64,000 nucleotides of DNA. Origin: an uncultured Verrucomicrobiota bacterium. Its GTDB lineage: Bacteria > Verrucomicrobiota > Verrucomicrobiia > JABWAM01. Of the stretch, positions 35,340 to 45,703 are shown piece by piece. Made by a program: the position numbers and the translations under genes. Where the stretch lies: contig CAZZBZ010000001.1 of assembly GCA_964653025.1 (NCBI GenBank), positions 39,826 to 103,825 of the forward strand, given 5' to 3'. Under the pieces are notes generated by a model. It saw only the letters and a program-made list of their open reading frames with translations, was not told where the DNA came from and ran no database searches. Position 1 is the first letter of the stretch. Every line of letters begins with the position of its first letter.

Positions 35340-38300
35340 GCGGGAGGGGAGTCTACGTGGACGGTGGCGGTGCGGGGGACTTTTCCCCAGGAAACCAGCG
35401 CCCCGCGAAGGGCGCGGCGGAAAGCGCCCCAGACGACGATGCAGAGGAGGGGGCGGTAGACGAATCGCTGGGGCAGGACCCAGAGGGCCCGGCGTATAGG
35501 TTCGCGGTCGAGTCGAAGGGCGAGCATGGCGAGGAGGGTATCCGAGAGGAGGAAGGCGAGGAGGAAGAGGAGGACAAGGCTGCCCCCGCCGCCGAGGACG
35601 GAGAGGATGACGAGCAGGTCCACGATAGGGGACATGGCGGTGAGAAGAACTTGAAAAAACCAGAGGCTGGGCATCGCGATCCAGCCAAGAGTGCCGGCGC
35701 GCGGGTTGAACAGGGCCTCACGGTGTTTCCAGAGGCATTGGAGGGTGCCGAAGGCCCAACGGAAGCGCTGGCGAAGGAGACCCTTCACCGTTTCCGGGCA
35801 CTCGGTCCAGCCGATGGCGCGATCCGCGTAGGCCACTCGCCAGCCATCCCTTCGGATTTGCATGGTGAGATCGGTATCCTCGGCGAGGGTGTCGGCGGTG
35901 AATCCGCCGGCTTTCGCGACGGCTTCGCGACGATAGGCACCAATGGCCCCCGGCACCACGGTGATGCAGTTGAGGAGGTCGAAGGCGCGGCGGTCGAGGT
36001 TGAAGCCCGAGGTGTATTCCAGGGACTGGAACTTCGCGAGCCAACGGCGGCGGTTGCCCACCCTGGCGTTTCCCGAGACCGCACCGACATTCGGATTGGC
36101 GAGGAGGGGTGGCACGAGGCGAGCCAGCGCACCGCGGCCGATACGGGTATCCGCATCGATGGAGACGAGAAGGTCGTAGCGGGCCGCGGCGATTGCGGCG
36201 CCCAGGGCACCCGCCTTACCGGTGTTTTGCTGGGAGATTCGGCGGACGCGCGGGTCAGTGGCGAAGGCGACGGAGATGACCACGGCGGTGGCGTCGGAGG
36301 AGCCATCGTCCACGACAACGACCTCGAGGGTACCCGGGTAACCACAGTCGAGGACTGCTCGGATCGCAGCCTCGATCACGCGTTCCTCGTTATAGGCGGC
36401 GATGACCACGCTCACAGGCGGGAAGGAGGACGGTGGCGGAAGCGGGGGTCGCCGTGCCTGCCAGAGCGCGAGGGCCGCGATGGCGAGGGAGCGCAGGATC
36501 ACGAGGATCGTGGCGACAATGAGAAAGGCCCAGATGAACTCGATGAAGCCATGGACAACCGAGAGGCCAAAGCTGGTGGCAAGGATGGTATGGCGCTCGG
36601 CATTCGGGGCCGGGGGCATCATCTGGTCGTGGGGTATGCCGGCGAGCTCGCTGGCGGTGACGAATCGCACGGGGCGATGGTGAGAGTCGCGCAGCCAGCG
36701 GATCATGGGACGCAGGGCCTCGACCGTCTGGCGGCGATCCCCTCCCCCATCGTGGAGGAGGACGACCGATCCCTCCGAACGGAGCTGCTGCACGCGTCGA
36801 AGGATTTCGGCGGTGCCGGGGCGCTCCCAGTCCCGGGGGTCGATGTTCTCGCAGAGGGTGAGATAACCGAGTTCCTGCGCGCGGAGGATGGGACGGATCT
36901 CGGCCATCGTCTGGGGACGCGAATCGGCGGAGTAAGGCGGGCGGAAGAGGATGGTCGAGCGGCCGGTGATCGACTCGATGAGCCGCTGCGTGGCATTGAG
37001 TTCGAGGTCAAGTTGGACGCGGGGGGTCTCCGAAAGGTCGGGGTGGGTGTAGGTGTGGACCCCGACCTCGTGCCCTTCACGGACCATGCGGACGAGAAGG
37101 TCGGGGTTTTTCTCGGCGGCGCTGCCGACGATGAAAAAGGTGGCCGTCACCCCCTCGGCCTTCAGGATATCGAGAATCTGTGGCGTCCAGTGGCGGTCGG
37201 GTCCGTCATCGAAGGTGAGGGCGATCCAGTTGGGGGAGACGATACCGCCGTGCTCGACGCGGAGGGGTTTCGGGGGATCGAGATAGCGGACGCGAACGCG
37301 ACCGGAGGGGAGGCGTTCAAAGGTGCGCAGGCCCGACTCACGCTCCGGGTGGATGCGGAGGATCTCTCCCTCGCCGACGTGGACGACTTCGTCGGGAAGC
37401 CTGATCCGGTTAAGAGGTTCCCAGTCGCTTTCCGAGGTCGCACGGCGGCGGGCGAGGACGAGGGCGTCCCACAGGGAGGGATCTTCATCACCGAGTTTCC
37501 AAACAGCGATGCCGGCAACGCCTGCGGAGCGGGCGGCGCGGACCTGGTTGAGGGCGGTGGCCGCGTCAAGGAACCAGACGGTGTGCTGTTCGTCGTCCTT
37601 CGCGTAGGAGAAAGTGGGGTTGCCCTCCTCCCCCGCCCAATCAATTCCCACGGGTTCAGCGCTGTCGGCGAGGCTCATGACCTCGGCAAAGGAGAGGTCC
37701 CTGCCCACAGGGCCGCCGAGAGGCCAATCGCACCCGAAGTTGCCGATGGCGGCAATCCACTGGCCGGGGCGACCAAACTCGAGCATTCGGTGGAGCCAGC
37801 GCTCGAACCATGGCTGCGAGGCGAGCGCACCGGGCGGGTCGTGGCGCGAGTTTTCGTTACAAAGCATCGCAATGAGGTAGTCGGCGTGCTCCACGAGACG
37901 GTCGAGGTCGAAGACGAGGGCGTCCCAGCCGACGGGGACGCAGATCATGAAGAGGAGGCCCTCCTCATGGCAGCGGGTGGCAAAACGGATGAGGAAGTCG
38001 TTGAAGGCATCGCTGTAGGAGGGATCGACCTCCTCGAAGTCCACGGCCAACCCCTCGCAGCGAGCGGATTTCACAAGACGAAGGGCCTTCTCAATAAATG
38101 CGGTGCGGTCAGCCTCGGGGCCGGTGACCAGTGCGGCCATGAGGTCCCCTCGCCACCCTTCAAACTCGTTCGTGAGCAGGGCAATGATCTTGAGGTCGTG
38201 CTGGTGGGCGAGGTGACGAGTCTCTGGTTCCGCGGCAAAGGCGAGGTCGAGGTTTTCGTTGGCGATCGTGATCCAGCGTGGGCAGAGGTGGGTAAGGTGG

Positions 38301-38699
38301 GGCGCCGCACGATCGAGCGCGGCGAGGGTGGAGGGGTTTTCCTCGGGAAGGAAACCGAGGGTGATGGGCTCCGGGGGACGGGGAAAGGCCGCACTCGCGG
38401 AACGCCGGCGATCTCGCTCCGCTGTGCCGAGCGAGTGGCGGAGGGCGGGGGTTTCACTGCGCCGCATCGCGCGGCGCGTATCCCGGAGGGGATGTTGGAG
38501 GCCGCGCAACTGGGAACGGAGGGTAGCGACCGAGGAGGGAAGGCGAAGGAAGGGTTGCTCGAGCAGCGAGCGCGCAAATAACAACGCAGCGGCAAAGAGG
38601 ACAAAGCACCCCAGGAGCGCCGCTACGCGGATGATCTTCCAGCGAAGGCCGCGGGCATCGTGGAAGATAAACTGGCGCGTGGGCGCGGGGACGGTCATC
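35336..38699 (-). CDS. Multidomain membrane polysaccharide synthase/modifier: N-terminal TM + GH18-like (chitinase-fold) domain + CE4 polysaccharide deacetylase (NodB) + processive GT2 synthase (QxxRW) + C-terminal TM bundle
   Basis: About 1121 aa from MTVPAPTRQF, followed by a TM helix. GH18-like block (GLAVDFEEVDP ... GIAVWKLGDEDPSLWD). CE4 block (IALTFDDGPDRHWTPQILDILKAEGVTATFFIVG ... HEVGVHTYTHP ... LLHDGGG). GT2 block (VSVVIAAYNEE ... VVVVDDGSSD ... SIDADT ... QRFRWAFG). Then multiple C-terminal TM helices. The ORF upstream of the chosen start would overlap the preceding gene by about 370 bp and is rejected. Confidence 0.75.
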
Positions 38700-38715
38700 T
38701 CGGGGGACGGAAAGC

Positions 38716-41289
38716 TCAGAACCACGTTCGACGGGAACGGGAGGAGGCGAGCCCGACGTCGTGGGCCGCGAGCTCCACGATCTGGGCCACGCGGTGGCGG
38801 AGTCGCGTGCTCGCCCAGAGGAGGGCGGTAAGCCAGACGGGGACAGCGCAGAACCAGGCGCCGATGAGGCGGTAGCCCTCGGGGGAGGTCGTGGCCTCGA
38901 ATCGGAGCCATGCGAGAAGGCTCAGGACGGCGACGGGGATCCCGACCATCCGCGAGAAGAGAGTGGGGATCGGGTGGAGGCGAATGCGGGTGAGGCGCTT
39001 GCCATCGCCATGTTCCTCGGTGAGGGAGAGGAGACGGACCTGCCACCATCGGTTGCCGTAGACCTGGTAGTCCCAGTTGGTCCAACCCGTGTCGGCGGAG
39101 TACTTCCAGCCCTCCTGGTCGAGGCGCTTCTTGAAGGAAGAGAGGAAATGCTCACGGCCCGAGCCAGAATCGCTCCAGAAGGTGAGCAGGGCGGGACGGT
39201 CCCATTTCACGACCTGGGCACTACTGGGAGCGGGGGCACCGACGATCTTGCGCGGGGTGCGTTTCTTGCGGACCCAGGTGGAGTAACGGGCCCAGCCTCG
39301 GGCGACCGGCTGCCAGAAGGCGAGGGCGGCAATGAGGAGGCGGCTCCACGGGCGGCGGTAGCGCGTCTCGATCCTCGCGCGGAGCGCATAGGAGACCGCG
39401 ATGCCAAGGGATCCGGCAAACATCGCGGCAGGGAGGTACCAGATCGCATGCACCTGCAGCGAGACGAGAAGGGCCGCGAGGGCCATGGCATTCCACTCAA
39501 GGCTGCCCATGAAGAGCACGACATCCGAGGTACGCCCGGGATAGACGCACTGGAAAAGGCCCATTCCAAAGACGCCATGGTAGATGATGGGACGGTGGAC
39601 GACAGAGGAGAAGTTGGCGCCGCCGTAGACGCGGCCGCGCCAGCGGGCGGAGCCGGTCGGCCCGAAGTAGACGAGGTGCTTAAAGCGGAGCAGGGCCTCG
39701 GCCTCGCCATAGCCCTCCTGCTGCTTGAGGTAGGCGCGGACATTGAAGCGGCGGTGATGCCAGACGATGGCGGAGGGGCTGAACCCGATGCGGTACCCCT
39801 GCTGCATGAGCCGCCAGCAGAGATCGACATCGTCGCCCGCCTTGCGGTATTCGGGATCGAAGCCGCCGACGAGATCGAGCGCCCACTTGTGGAAGGCCAT
39901 GTTGCAGCCGGGGATATGCTCGGCCTCCACGTCGTCGATGAGCACGTGGCTGGGCTGGCCCGGGGAGGCGGCAACGCAGGCCTGCACCCAGTTCCGCGCG
40001 GGGGGCGAGATATTCGGACCGCCAACGGAGGCAAAGCCTCCCTGATCGAGCGTGCCGACAAGATAGTAGAGCCAGTCCTTGTCTGCCATGCAGTCACTGT
40101 CGATGTAGGCGATGATCTCGCCGTGCGCGGCCTGCATTCCCACGTTGCGAGCCACGCTCAGGCCGAGGTTCTCTTGGTGGAGGTAGCGGACCTTGGAAAA
40201 CTCGCGGGCAATGGACTCCGTATTGTCGGTGGAGCCATCGTCCACGAGGAGGACCTCGAAGTCGGGATAGTCCATCTGGAGGAGAGAGGTGAGGCATGCC
40301 TCGAGCGTGCGAGCGCCGTTATAGGAGCAGACCACCACGGAGACCGGGGGGGTGCGCGGGAGGGGGACACGGGTGTTGCCCTCAAAAAGGGAGTGGACCC
40401 GGGCGAGGGCTTTTTTGGGCCTTCGATCCGCGCCCACGAGGCCGAACTTCCAGTCTTCGATGAGGTGCCCACCGGTGAACCACTCGTCGGTCCACGAGAA
40501 GAGGATTGTGCCAGCGAGGCCAAGGCGGGCGACCGCGCTGATGTGCCAGCCCAGCAGTTCAGCCTGTTCCTCCTCGGAGTGGCGCACGGTGTCCATGCCA
40601 AACTCGCTGATGATGAGGGGCTTCTCCCCGGCAAGGTTCTGCAGGCGGGCGAGGTAACCCTCGAAGTCCCGCTGGCGATGCAGGTAGACATTGTACGAGA
40701 AGAAATCCACGGCATTCGGCAGGAGGTACTCAGTGGGAGGATAGTTCGCGTAGGTGAGGAGCGGACGGGGGTCGGCTTGGCGGGCGGCGTCTACGAGATC
40801 CTCGAGGAAGGCCTCGACCTTTCGGGACCCGTACCAGCGGACGATGCTGGTCGGGATCTCGTTGCCCACCGCCCAGGCGAATAGCGCGGGATGGCCCCGT
40901 CGCTCGCGGGCGGCGCTCTCCACGCGACGGAGGATGGATCGGCGGCTCCGCCGCCCATCGAGGAAACAGACGTGCTGCTCCCATGGAATCGTGGCGTACG
41001 CCTTGAGCCCCGCACGCTCGCACTCGTCAAGGAACCAGACCGGAGGAGGGTGGTAAAGGCGGACCGTGTTGATGCCTGCCGCAGTCATCTGCGTGAAGTC
41101 GGCGCGCACCTTCGCGGGTTCCGGAAGGAATATGGGGGCGCCCCCCTCATCACGGGGCGGGAACGGCCCGTAAGTCACCCCCTTGACGAAGAACTTACGC
41201 CCGCCGTGGAAGAAAAACTTCGAGTTGGCGACGATGCGAGGGGCGCTCGTGCGAACGACTTCAACTTCGTCCATGGAATCCTGAGACAT
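38716..41289 (-). CDS. Fused glycoside hydrolase (clan GH-A TIM barrel) + family 2 glycosyltransferase with C-terminal membrane domain
   Basis: 857 aa. N-terminal GH-A block with acid/base FAWAVGNEIP and nucleophile LIISEFGMD. GT2 block PPVSVVVCSYNGARTLEACLTSLLQMDYPDFEVLLVDDGSTDNT ... YIDSDC. About 6 TM helices in the C-terminal 300 aa. Confidence 0.7.
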   Translation of the reverse strand: MSQDSMDEVEVVRTSAPRIVANSKFFFHGGRKFFVKGVTYGPFPPRDEGGAPIFLPEPAKVRADFTQMTAAGINTVRLYHPPPVWFLDECERAGLKAYATIPWEQHVCFLDGRRSRRSILRRVESAARERRGHPALFAWAVGNEIPTSIVRWYGSRKVEAFLEDLVDAARQADPRPLLTYANYPPTEYLLPNAVDFFSYNVYLHRQRDFEGYLARLQNLAGEKPLIISEFGMDTVRHSEEEQAELLGWHISAVARLGLAGTILFSWTDEWFTGGHLIEDWKFGLVGADRRPKKALARVHSLFEGNTRVPLPRTPPVSVVVCSYNGARTLEACLTSLLQMDYPDFEVLLVDDGSTDNTESIAREFSKVRYLHQENLGLSVARNVGMQAAHGEIIAYIDSDCMADKDWLYYLVGTLDQGGFASVGGPNISPPARNWVQACVAASPGQPSHVLIDDVEAEHIPGCNMAFHKWALDLVGGFDPEYRKAGDDVDLCWRLMQQGYRIGFSPSAIVWHHRRFNVRAYLKQQEGYGEAEALLRFKHLVYFGPTGSARWRGRVYGGANFSSVVHRPIIYHGVFGMGLFQCVYPGRTSDVVLFMGSLEWNAMALAALLVSLQVHAIWYLPAAMFAGSLGIAVSYALRARIETRYRRPWSRLLIAALAFWQPVARGWARYSTWVRKKRTPRKIVGAPAPSSAQVVKWDRPALLTFWSDSGSGREHFLSSFKKRLDQEGWKYSADTGWTNWDYQVYGNRWWQVRLLSLTEEHGDGKRLTRIRLHPIPTLFSRMVGIPVAVLSLLAWLRFEATTSPEGYRLIGAWFCAVPVWLTALLWASTRLRHRVAQIVELAAHDVGLASSRSRRTWF

Positions 41290-41306
41290 AAACAGCGGCC
41301 GATTTT

Positions 41307-42611
41307 TCAGAGACGGACCCGATCCTTGAATGCGTTGATGCCCTTGATCAGGTCCACGGCGCGATCGAGTTGGACGTCACGCACGGGAGTTTTCTTGCTG
41401 CCATCAGGAAGGAACTCTTCGGGCTTGGGCTCGTCCTTCTTCGTGGGGTCGGCAGCCTGGCTGCGTTGGAGGAGGATCTGGTTCCACTCCTCGTCGCTCA
41501 TGGGGACGGCGATGTCGGGGGTGATCCCGTGCTCGTGGATGACCTTGCGGCTGGGGGTGTAGTACTTCGCGGTGGTGAGACGGATGGCACAGTTGCCCTT
41601 CACGGGGATCACGCTCTGGACGGAGCCCTTCCCGAAGCTGGTCTCGCCAACAATCACGGCGCGCCGGGTGTCCTGAAGGGCACCGGCCACGATCTCGGAG
41701 CCGCTGGCGCTGCCCTCGTTGATCAAGACGACGAGCGGATAGTCGGGGTGAGGCTTGGCAGAGCGGACGCGGTATTCCTGTTTCACGGCGGGATTGCGTC
41801 CCTCGGTAAAGACGACGAGGTCGCCCTTGGGAAGGAACTTGCCCGCGACGTCCACAGCGGAATCGAGAAGGCCGCCGGGATTATTACGCAAATCCAGGAC
41901 CAGGCCGTTGAGTCCGTCTTTTTCGAGCTTCTGCAGGGCCTTTTCGAATTCGTCGGCGGTGGGCTCGTTAAACTGGACGATGCGGACATAGCCAATCTTA
42001 CTCTCCATGACGCGGGCGTCCTTGACGCTCTCCACCTTGATCATGGCGCGGATAATCGGGATATCCTTCACCTCGCGGCTACTGGGGCGGAGAATGGTAA
42101 TCGTGACCTTGGTGCCCGGGACGCCGCGGAGCTGCTTGACGGCATCGCCGAGGGGCAGGCGGTCGGTGGACTTGCCCTCGATGCGGATGATCTTGTCGTT
42201 GGGGAGGAGCCCGGCCTTGAAACCGGGGGTGTCCTCCATGGGAGAGATGACCGTGAGGATGCCATCCTTCATCCCCACGACAACCCCGATGCCGCCGAAC
42301 TGGCCGCCCGTCTCCTGCTTCATCTCCTCGTAGCCGGTGGGCTCCATGAACTGGCTGTGGGGGTCAAGCCCGCCGAGCATTCCCTTGAGGGCGCTGTAAG
42401 TAAGGTCCTGGTAACTGAGTTTGGAGCCATCCACATAGTCCTTGCGGATGATTTCCATGACGCTCGTGAAGAGCTCGACGTTGCGGTAGGCGGACTCCTT
42501 CTCCTTGTCCTTGTCGTCCGCGGCCGCGGAGAGGGTCTGGACACGCCACCCGAGAACGAGATTTCCAAGGAGGAGGAGTAGGACCAGGAAGGCGGGCAAT
42601 CGTCGACGCAT
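41307..42611 (-). CDS. ctpA: Carboxyl-terminal processing protease (S41 family, CtpA-like) with PDZ domain
   Basis: Signal/TM N-terminus. PDZ (GIGVVVGMKDGILTVISPMEDTPGFKAGLLPNDKIIRIEG). S41 catalytic region (VLINEGSASGSEIVAGALQD ... GETSFGKGSVQ). Confidence 0.85.
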   Translation of the reverse strand: MRRRLPAFLVLLLLLGNLVLGWRVQTLSAAADDKDKEKESAYRNVELFTSVMEIIRKDYVDGSKLSYQDLTYSALKGMLGGLDPHSQFMEPTGYEEMKQETGGQFGGIGVVVGMKDGILTVISPMEDTPGFKAGLLPNDKIIRIEGKSTDRLPLGDAVKQLRGVPGTKVTITILRPSSREVKDIPIIRAMIKVESVKDARVMESKIGYVRIVQFNEPTADEFEKALQKLEKDGLNGLVLDLRNNPGGLLDSAVDVAGKFLPKGDLVVFTEGRNPAVKQEYRVRSAKPHPDYPLVVLINEGSASGSEIVAGALQDTRRAVIVGETSFGKGSVQSVIPVKGNCAIRLTTAKYYTPSRKVIHEHGITPDIAVPMSDEEWNQILLQRSQAADPTKKDEPKPEEFLPDGSKKTPVRDVQLDRAVDLIKGINAFKDRVRL

Positions 42612-42625
42612 GGGGATGGCGGGGA

Positions 42626-43585
42626 TCAAACCTTGTCTTTGAAGAAGTCGATGGTTTTCTGAAGGCCCTCGGCGAGTTGGACGCGGGGCTCCCAACCGAG
42701 AAGCTTCCTGGCGAGAGAGATATCGGGGCGGCGCTGCTTCGGGTCATCCACGGGGAGCGGTTTCTCGACAAGGGTGCTTCGGCTTCCGGTCACGCGGATG
42801 ATCTGCTCGGCAAACTGGCGGACGGTGAGCTCGGCGGGGTTGCCGATGTTGACGGGGCCGTGATGGGGCGAGGTCGCGAGGCGGAAGATGCCATCAATGA
42901 GATCGCTCGCGAAGCAAAAGCTGCGGGTCTGGGAACCGTTCCCGAAGATGGTGAGAGGTTCGCCGCGAAGGGCCTGGCCGATGAAGGCGGGAACGACACG
43001 CCCGTCGCGCAGGCGCATGCGGGGGCCATAGGTGTTGAAGATACGGACCACCTTGACGTCCACGCCATGGGCGCGGTGGTAGGCGAAAGTCATGGCCTCG
43101 GCGAAGCGCTTGGCCTCGTCGTAGACACCGCGCGGGCCGATCGGGTTCACGTTGCCCCAATAGTCCTCGGTCTGGGGGTGGACGAGCGGGTCGCCGTAGA
43201 CCTCGGAGGTGGAGGCGAGGATGAAGCGGGCGTTCTTGGAATGCGCGAGGCCAAGGGCCTTGTGGGTGCCGAGAGACCCGACCTTGAGGGTCTGGATGGG
43301 AAGCTCGAGGTAGTCGATCGGGCTGGCGGGGGAGGCGAAGTGGAAGATGAAGTCCACGGAGCCCGGGTAGAAAAGGTATTCGGTGACATCCTGATGGATG
43401 AAGCGGAAGTGGGAGTTGCCGGCGAGGTGGGCGATATTCTCGATGTTGCCGGTGATGAGGTTGTCGAGGGCGACGACAAAGTGGCCCTCGGCGAGAAGGC
43501 GATCGCAGAGGTGGGAGCCGAGGAAGCCGGCGCCTCCGGTGACGATGGAGACGGGATGCGCTTTGGAGGGAGTGGGATTGGTCAT
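42626..43585 (-). CDS. uxs: UDP-glucuronate decarboxylase (UDP-xylose synthase)
   Basis: [33 protein letters not shown] ... [40 protein letters not shown] ... [11 protein letters not shown] ... DGRVV ... GNGSQTRSF. Near-colinear with eukaryotic and bacterial UXS. Confidence 0.85.
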   Translation of the reverse strand: MTNPTPSKAHPVSIVTGGAGFLGSHLCDRLLAEGHFVVALDNLITGNIENIAHLAGNSHFRFIHQDVTEYLFYPGSVDFIFHFASPASPIDYLELPIQTLKVGSLGTHKALGLAHSKNARFILASTSEVYGDPLVHPQTEDYWGNVNPIGPRGVYDEAKRFAEAMTFAYHRAHGVDVKVVRIFNTYGPRMRLRDGRVVPAFIGQALRGEPLTIFGNGSQTRSFCFASDLIDGIFRLATSPHHGPVNIGNPAELTVRQFAEQIIRVTGSRSTLVEKPLPVDDPKQRRPDISLARKLLGWEPRVQLAEGLQKTIDFFKDKV

Positions 43586-43598
43586 GGGGAAAGGGGGT

Positions 43599-44993
43599 TC
43601 AGCGGGCGCCAGCGCCCGTGAGAACCACAGGGATTGTTTTCATGAGGATTTTCAAGTCGAGCCAGAAACTCCAGTTGTCCACGTACTCGAGATCGAGGCG
43701 GGCCCACTCGTCGAAACTGTGGATGCGATTGCGGCCGCTGACCTGCCAGAGGCAGGCGAGGCCGGGTTTCACGCTGAGGCGGCGGCGGTGGTGGAGCTTG
43801 GAAATCTGATGGGTTTCATAGACCGGGAGGGGGCGTGGGCCGACGAGGCTCATCTCACCCTTCAAGACATTCCAAAATTGGGGGAACTCATCAATGCTGG
43901 TGCGGCGCAGGAATGCGCCGACGCGGGTAATACGGGGGTCCTTGCCGATCTTGAAGACGGGTCCGTCCATCTCGTTGAAGGCGACGAGCTCGGAGCGGAG
44001 CATATCGGCATTGGAGACCATGCTGCGAAACTTGAACATGCGGAACACGCGGCCGCGAAGGCCGCTCCGTTCCTGGACAAAGAAGATCGGGCCGCGGGAC
44101 TCAATGCGGATGGCGATCGCGGCGAGCGTCATGAGGGGAAGGGTCAGGATCAGGCTGAGGACGGAGACGGTAATGTCGAGCAGGCGCTTGGCAAGGAACT
44201 GCCAGAGGGAGGGATGCCTGGCAACGAAGAGGATGGTGGGGTGACCAAGAATCGTCTCGAAGCTGGCGGTCGCGAGGTGGGGTTTGAGGGCCTCGCTGAG
44301 GAGCCATGCCTCGACACCCTGAAGCTCGCAGATGGTTACGGCCTTTTGGATCCCCTCGAAGCCGGCGTGAGGAACGCGAAAGATGACGGCGCTGATCGGC
44401 TCGCGGTTGAGCCAGTCGGAGACGGAAGTCTCCAGGCTGTCGAGGATCGAGACCTCGCCCACGACGGTGAGGTTCATCTCGGTTTGCAAACAAATCTGCT
44501 CCCTCAGGGCAATCAGGTGCTCGGGGGAGCCGACGAGGAGAACGCCGGAGGGCGGGCTTTTGCCCTGAAAGAAGAAGTCGAGGACATCCCTGAGGAAGAA
44601 GTGGCGGAGAGAGATCAGGGCGAAACCGATTGCGGCAAAGAGGATCACCACGCCGCGGGCGAGGTTGCCCATCTTGAACATGAAGATGAGGAGGCCGCAC
44701 ATCAGCAGCAGCAGGAACATTGCCTGGCCAAGGCAGAAGAAGAAGGTGCCCGGCTTGTCGAGAAGACCCCTTCGGTAAACCAAGCAGGAATCGAGGATCA
44801 ACGGGCCGAGGATCACCACGAAGACCAGCAGAGGGGCAAATCCCTCGAAGGAGCTGATGCGCGGAAGATCCCATCCCGGCAGGTCGGAGGCACGGAAACG
44901 TAGACCGTGGCCGCCCCAGAGGGCGAACCCCAGCAGAACGCCGTCAGCGAGCTGGGAGAGGAGGCTGCGCAGTTCTTTTTGTTGCGAGAGCAT
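43599..44993 (-). CDS. Polyprenyl-phosphate sugar phosphotransferase (WbaP/EpsB-type 'bacterial sugar transferase'; exosortase-associated priming glycosyltransferase)
   Basis: N-terminal multi-TM region. C-terminal catalytic domain ... [26 protein letters not shown] ... [21 protein letters not shown]. Start at MLSQQ; the upstream extension is unsupported. Confidence 0.8.
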   Translation of the reverse strand: MLSQQKELRSLLSQLADGVLLGFALWGGHGLRFRASDLPGWDLPRISSFEGFAPLLVFVVILGPLILDSCLVYRRGLLDKPGTFFFCLGQAMFLLLLMCGLLIFMFKMGNLARGVVILFAAIGFALISLRHFFLRDVLDFFFQGKSPPSGVLLVGSPEHLIALREQICLQTEMNLTVVGEVSILDSLETSVSDWLNREPISAVIFRVPHAGFEGIQKAVTICELQGVEAWLLSEALKPHLATASFETILGHPTILFVARHPSLWQFLAKRLLDITVSVLSLILTLPLMTLAAIAIRIESRGPIFFVQERSGLRGRVFRMFKFRSMVSNADMLRSELVAFNEMDGPVFKIGKDPRITRVGAFLRRTSIDEFPQFWNVLKGEMSLVGPRPLPVYETHQISKLHHRRRLSVKPGLACLWQVSGRNRIHSFDEWARLDLEYVDNWSFWLDLKILMKTIPVVLTGAGAR

Positions 44994-45001
44994 GGAGTTT
45001 T

Positions 45002-45694
45002 CTATCCCGTCGTCTTCTGAAAGAGGGGAACGGCCTGTTGGAGAAAACTCCGCAGAGCCTCCTCGGTTTCTTTCTCGCGTCCGGGAGGCGGGTTCACAAT
45101 CAGGGCCACGTACGCCCAACGGTGATGCACGTTGAAGAAGATGCGGTCGAAGGCCGTCCAGAGCACGCGGTTCAGGTGGCGCGGGGTGAGGCGGTTCTTG
45201 CCCACGAACCAGTAGCAGTACCAGTTGCGGGAGGAAACCGATCTCCCATCGGGCGCCTTCCCCTCCCGCGAGATCACGAGGCGCATCAGGTCGAGGTTGT
45301 ACACGCGGGGAGAGGACATCGGCACGCGGAGGAGGCCTCCCTGGCTAAGGCGCCAGCCCTGGCCGACAAGGCAGGCCTCGGCGGCATGGATGCTGGAGCG
45401 GTCGCGCCCGCTCAGGACGAGCCCGAGGAAGATCTCCCGCCCTTTCGGGTCGCGGTAGACCTTGCGGGCGAACTCGGTATCCGCACCGAGATAGTCGCGT
45501 TCGATCTGGGAGACGGGGGCGTCCTGGCCAACCCAGTCGCCAATTCGTGTGGGGAGTTGCATCGAGACCCCCGCGATGGCCTCGGCCGCCACGTCGGTGG
45601 TCTTGAGCGTGACGGCGAGGGTGGCGAGCACCAGCGCGATGAGGATCGCGGTCAGTGCGAGGGGATGGGATGGGCCCCGTGGGGAGAGTTTCAT
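45002..45694 (-). CDS. epsI: EpsI-family exosortase-associated protein
   Basis: 230 aa. Single N-terminal TM (LALTAILIALVLATLAVTL), then a periplasmic domain. Positioned immediately downstream of the exosortase, as in XrtA/EpsH-EpsI systems. Confidence 0.65.
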   Translation of the reverse strand: MKLSPRGPSHPLALTAILIALVLATLAVTLKTTDVAAEAIAGVSMQLPTRIGDWVGQDAPVSQIERDYLGADTEFARKVYRDPKGREIFLGLVLSGRDRSSIHAAEACLVGQGWRLSQGGLLRVPMSSPRVYNLDLMRLVISREGKAPDGRSVSSRNWYCYWFVGKNRLTPRHLNRVLWTAFDRIFFNVHHRWAYVALIVNPPPGREKETEEALRSFLQQAVPLFQKTTG

Positions 45695-45703
45695 GAGGGC
45701 GGG

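Noticed and set aside
35357-38581. 1074-aa plus-strand ORF
   Set aside because: Antisense to the well-supported GH18-like/CE4/GT2 synthase gene. Repetitive G/E/D/R-rich translation.
38761-40884. 707-aa plus-strand ORF
   Set aside because: Antisense to the GH-A + GT2 fusion gene. No motifs.
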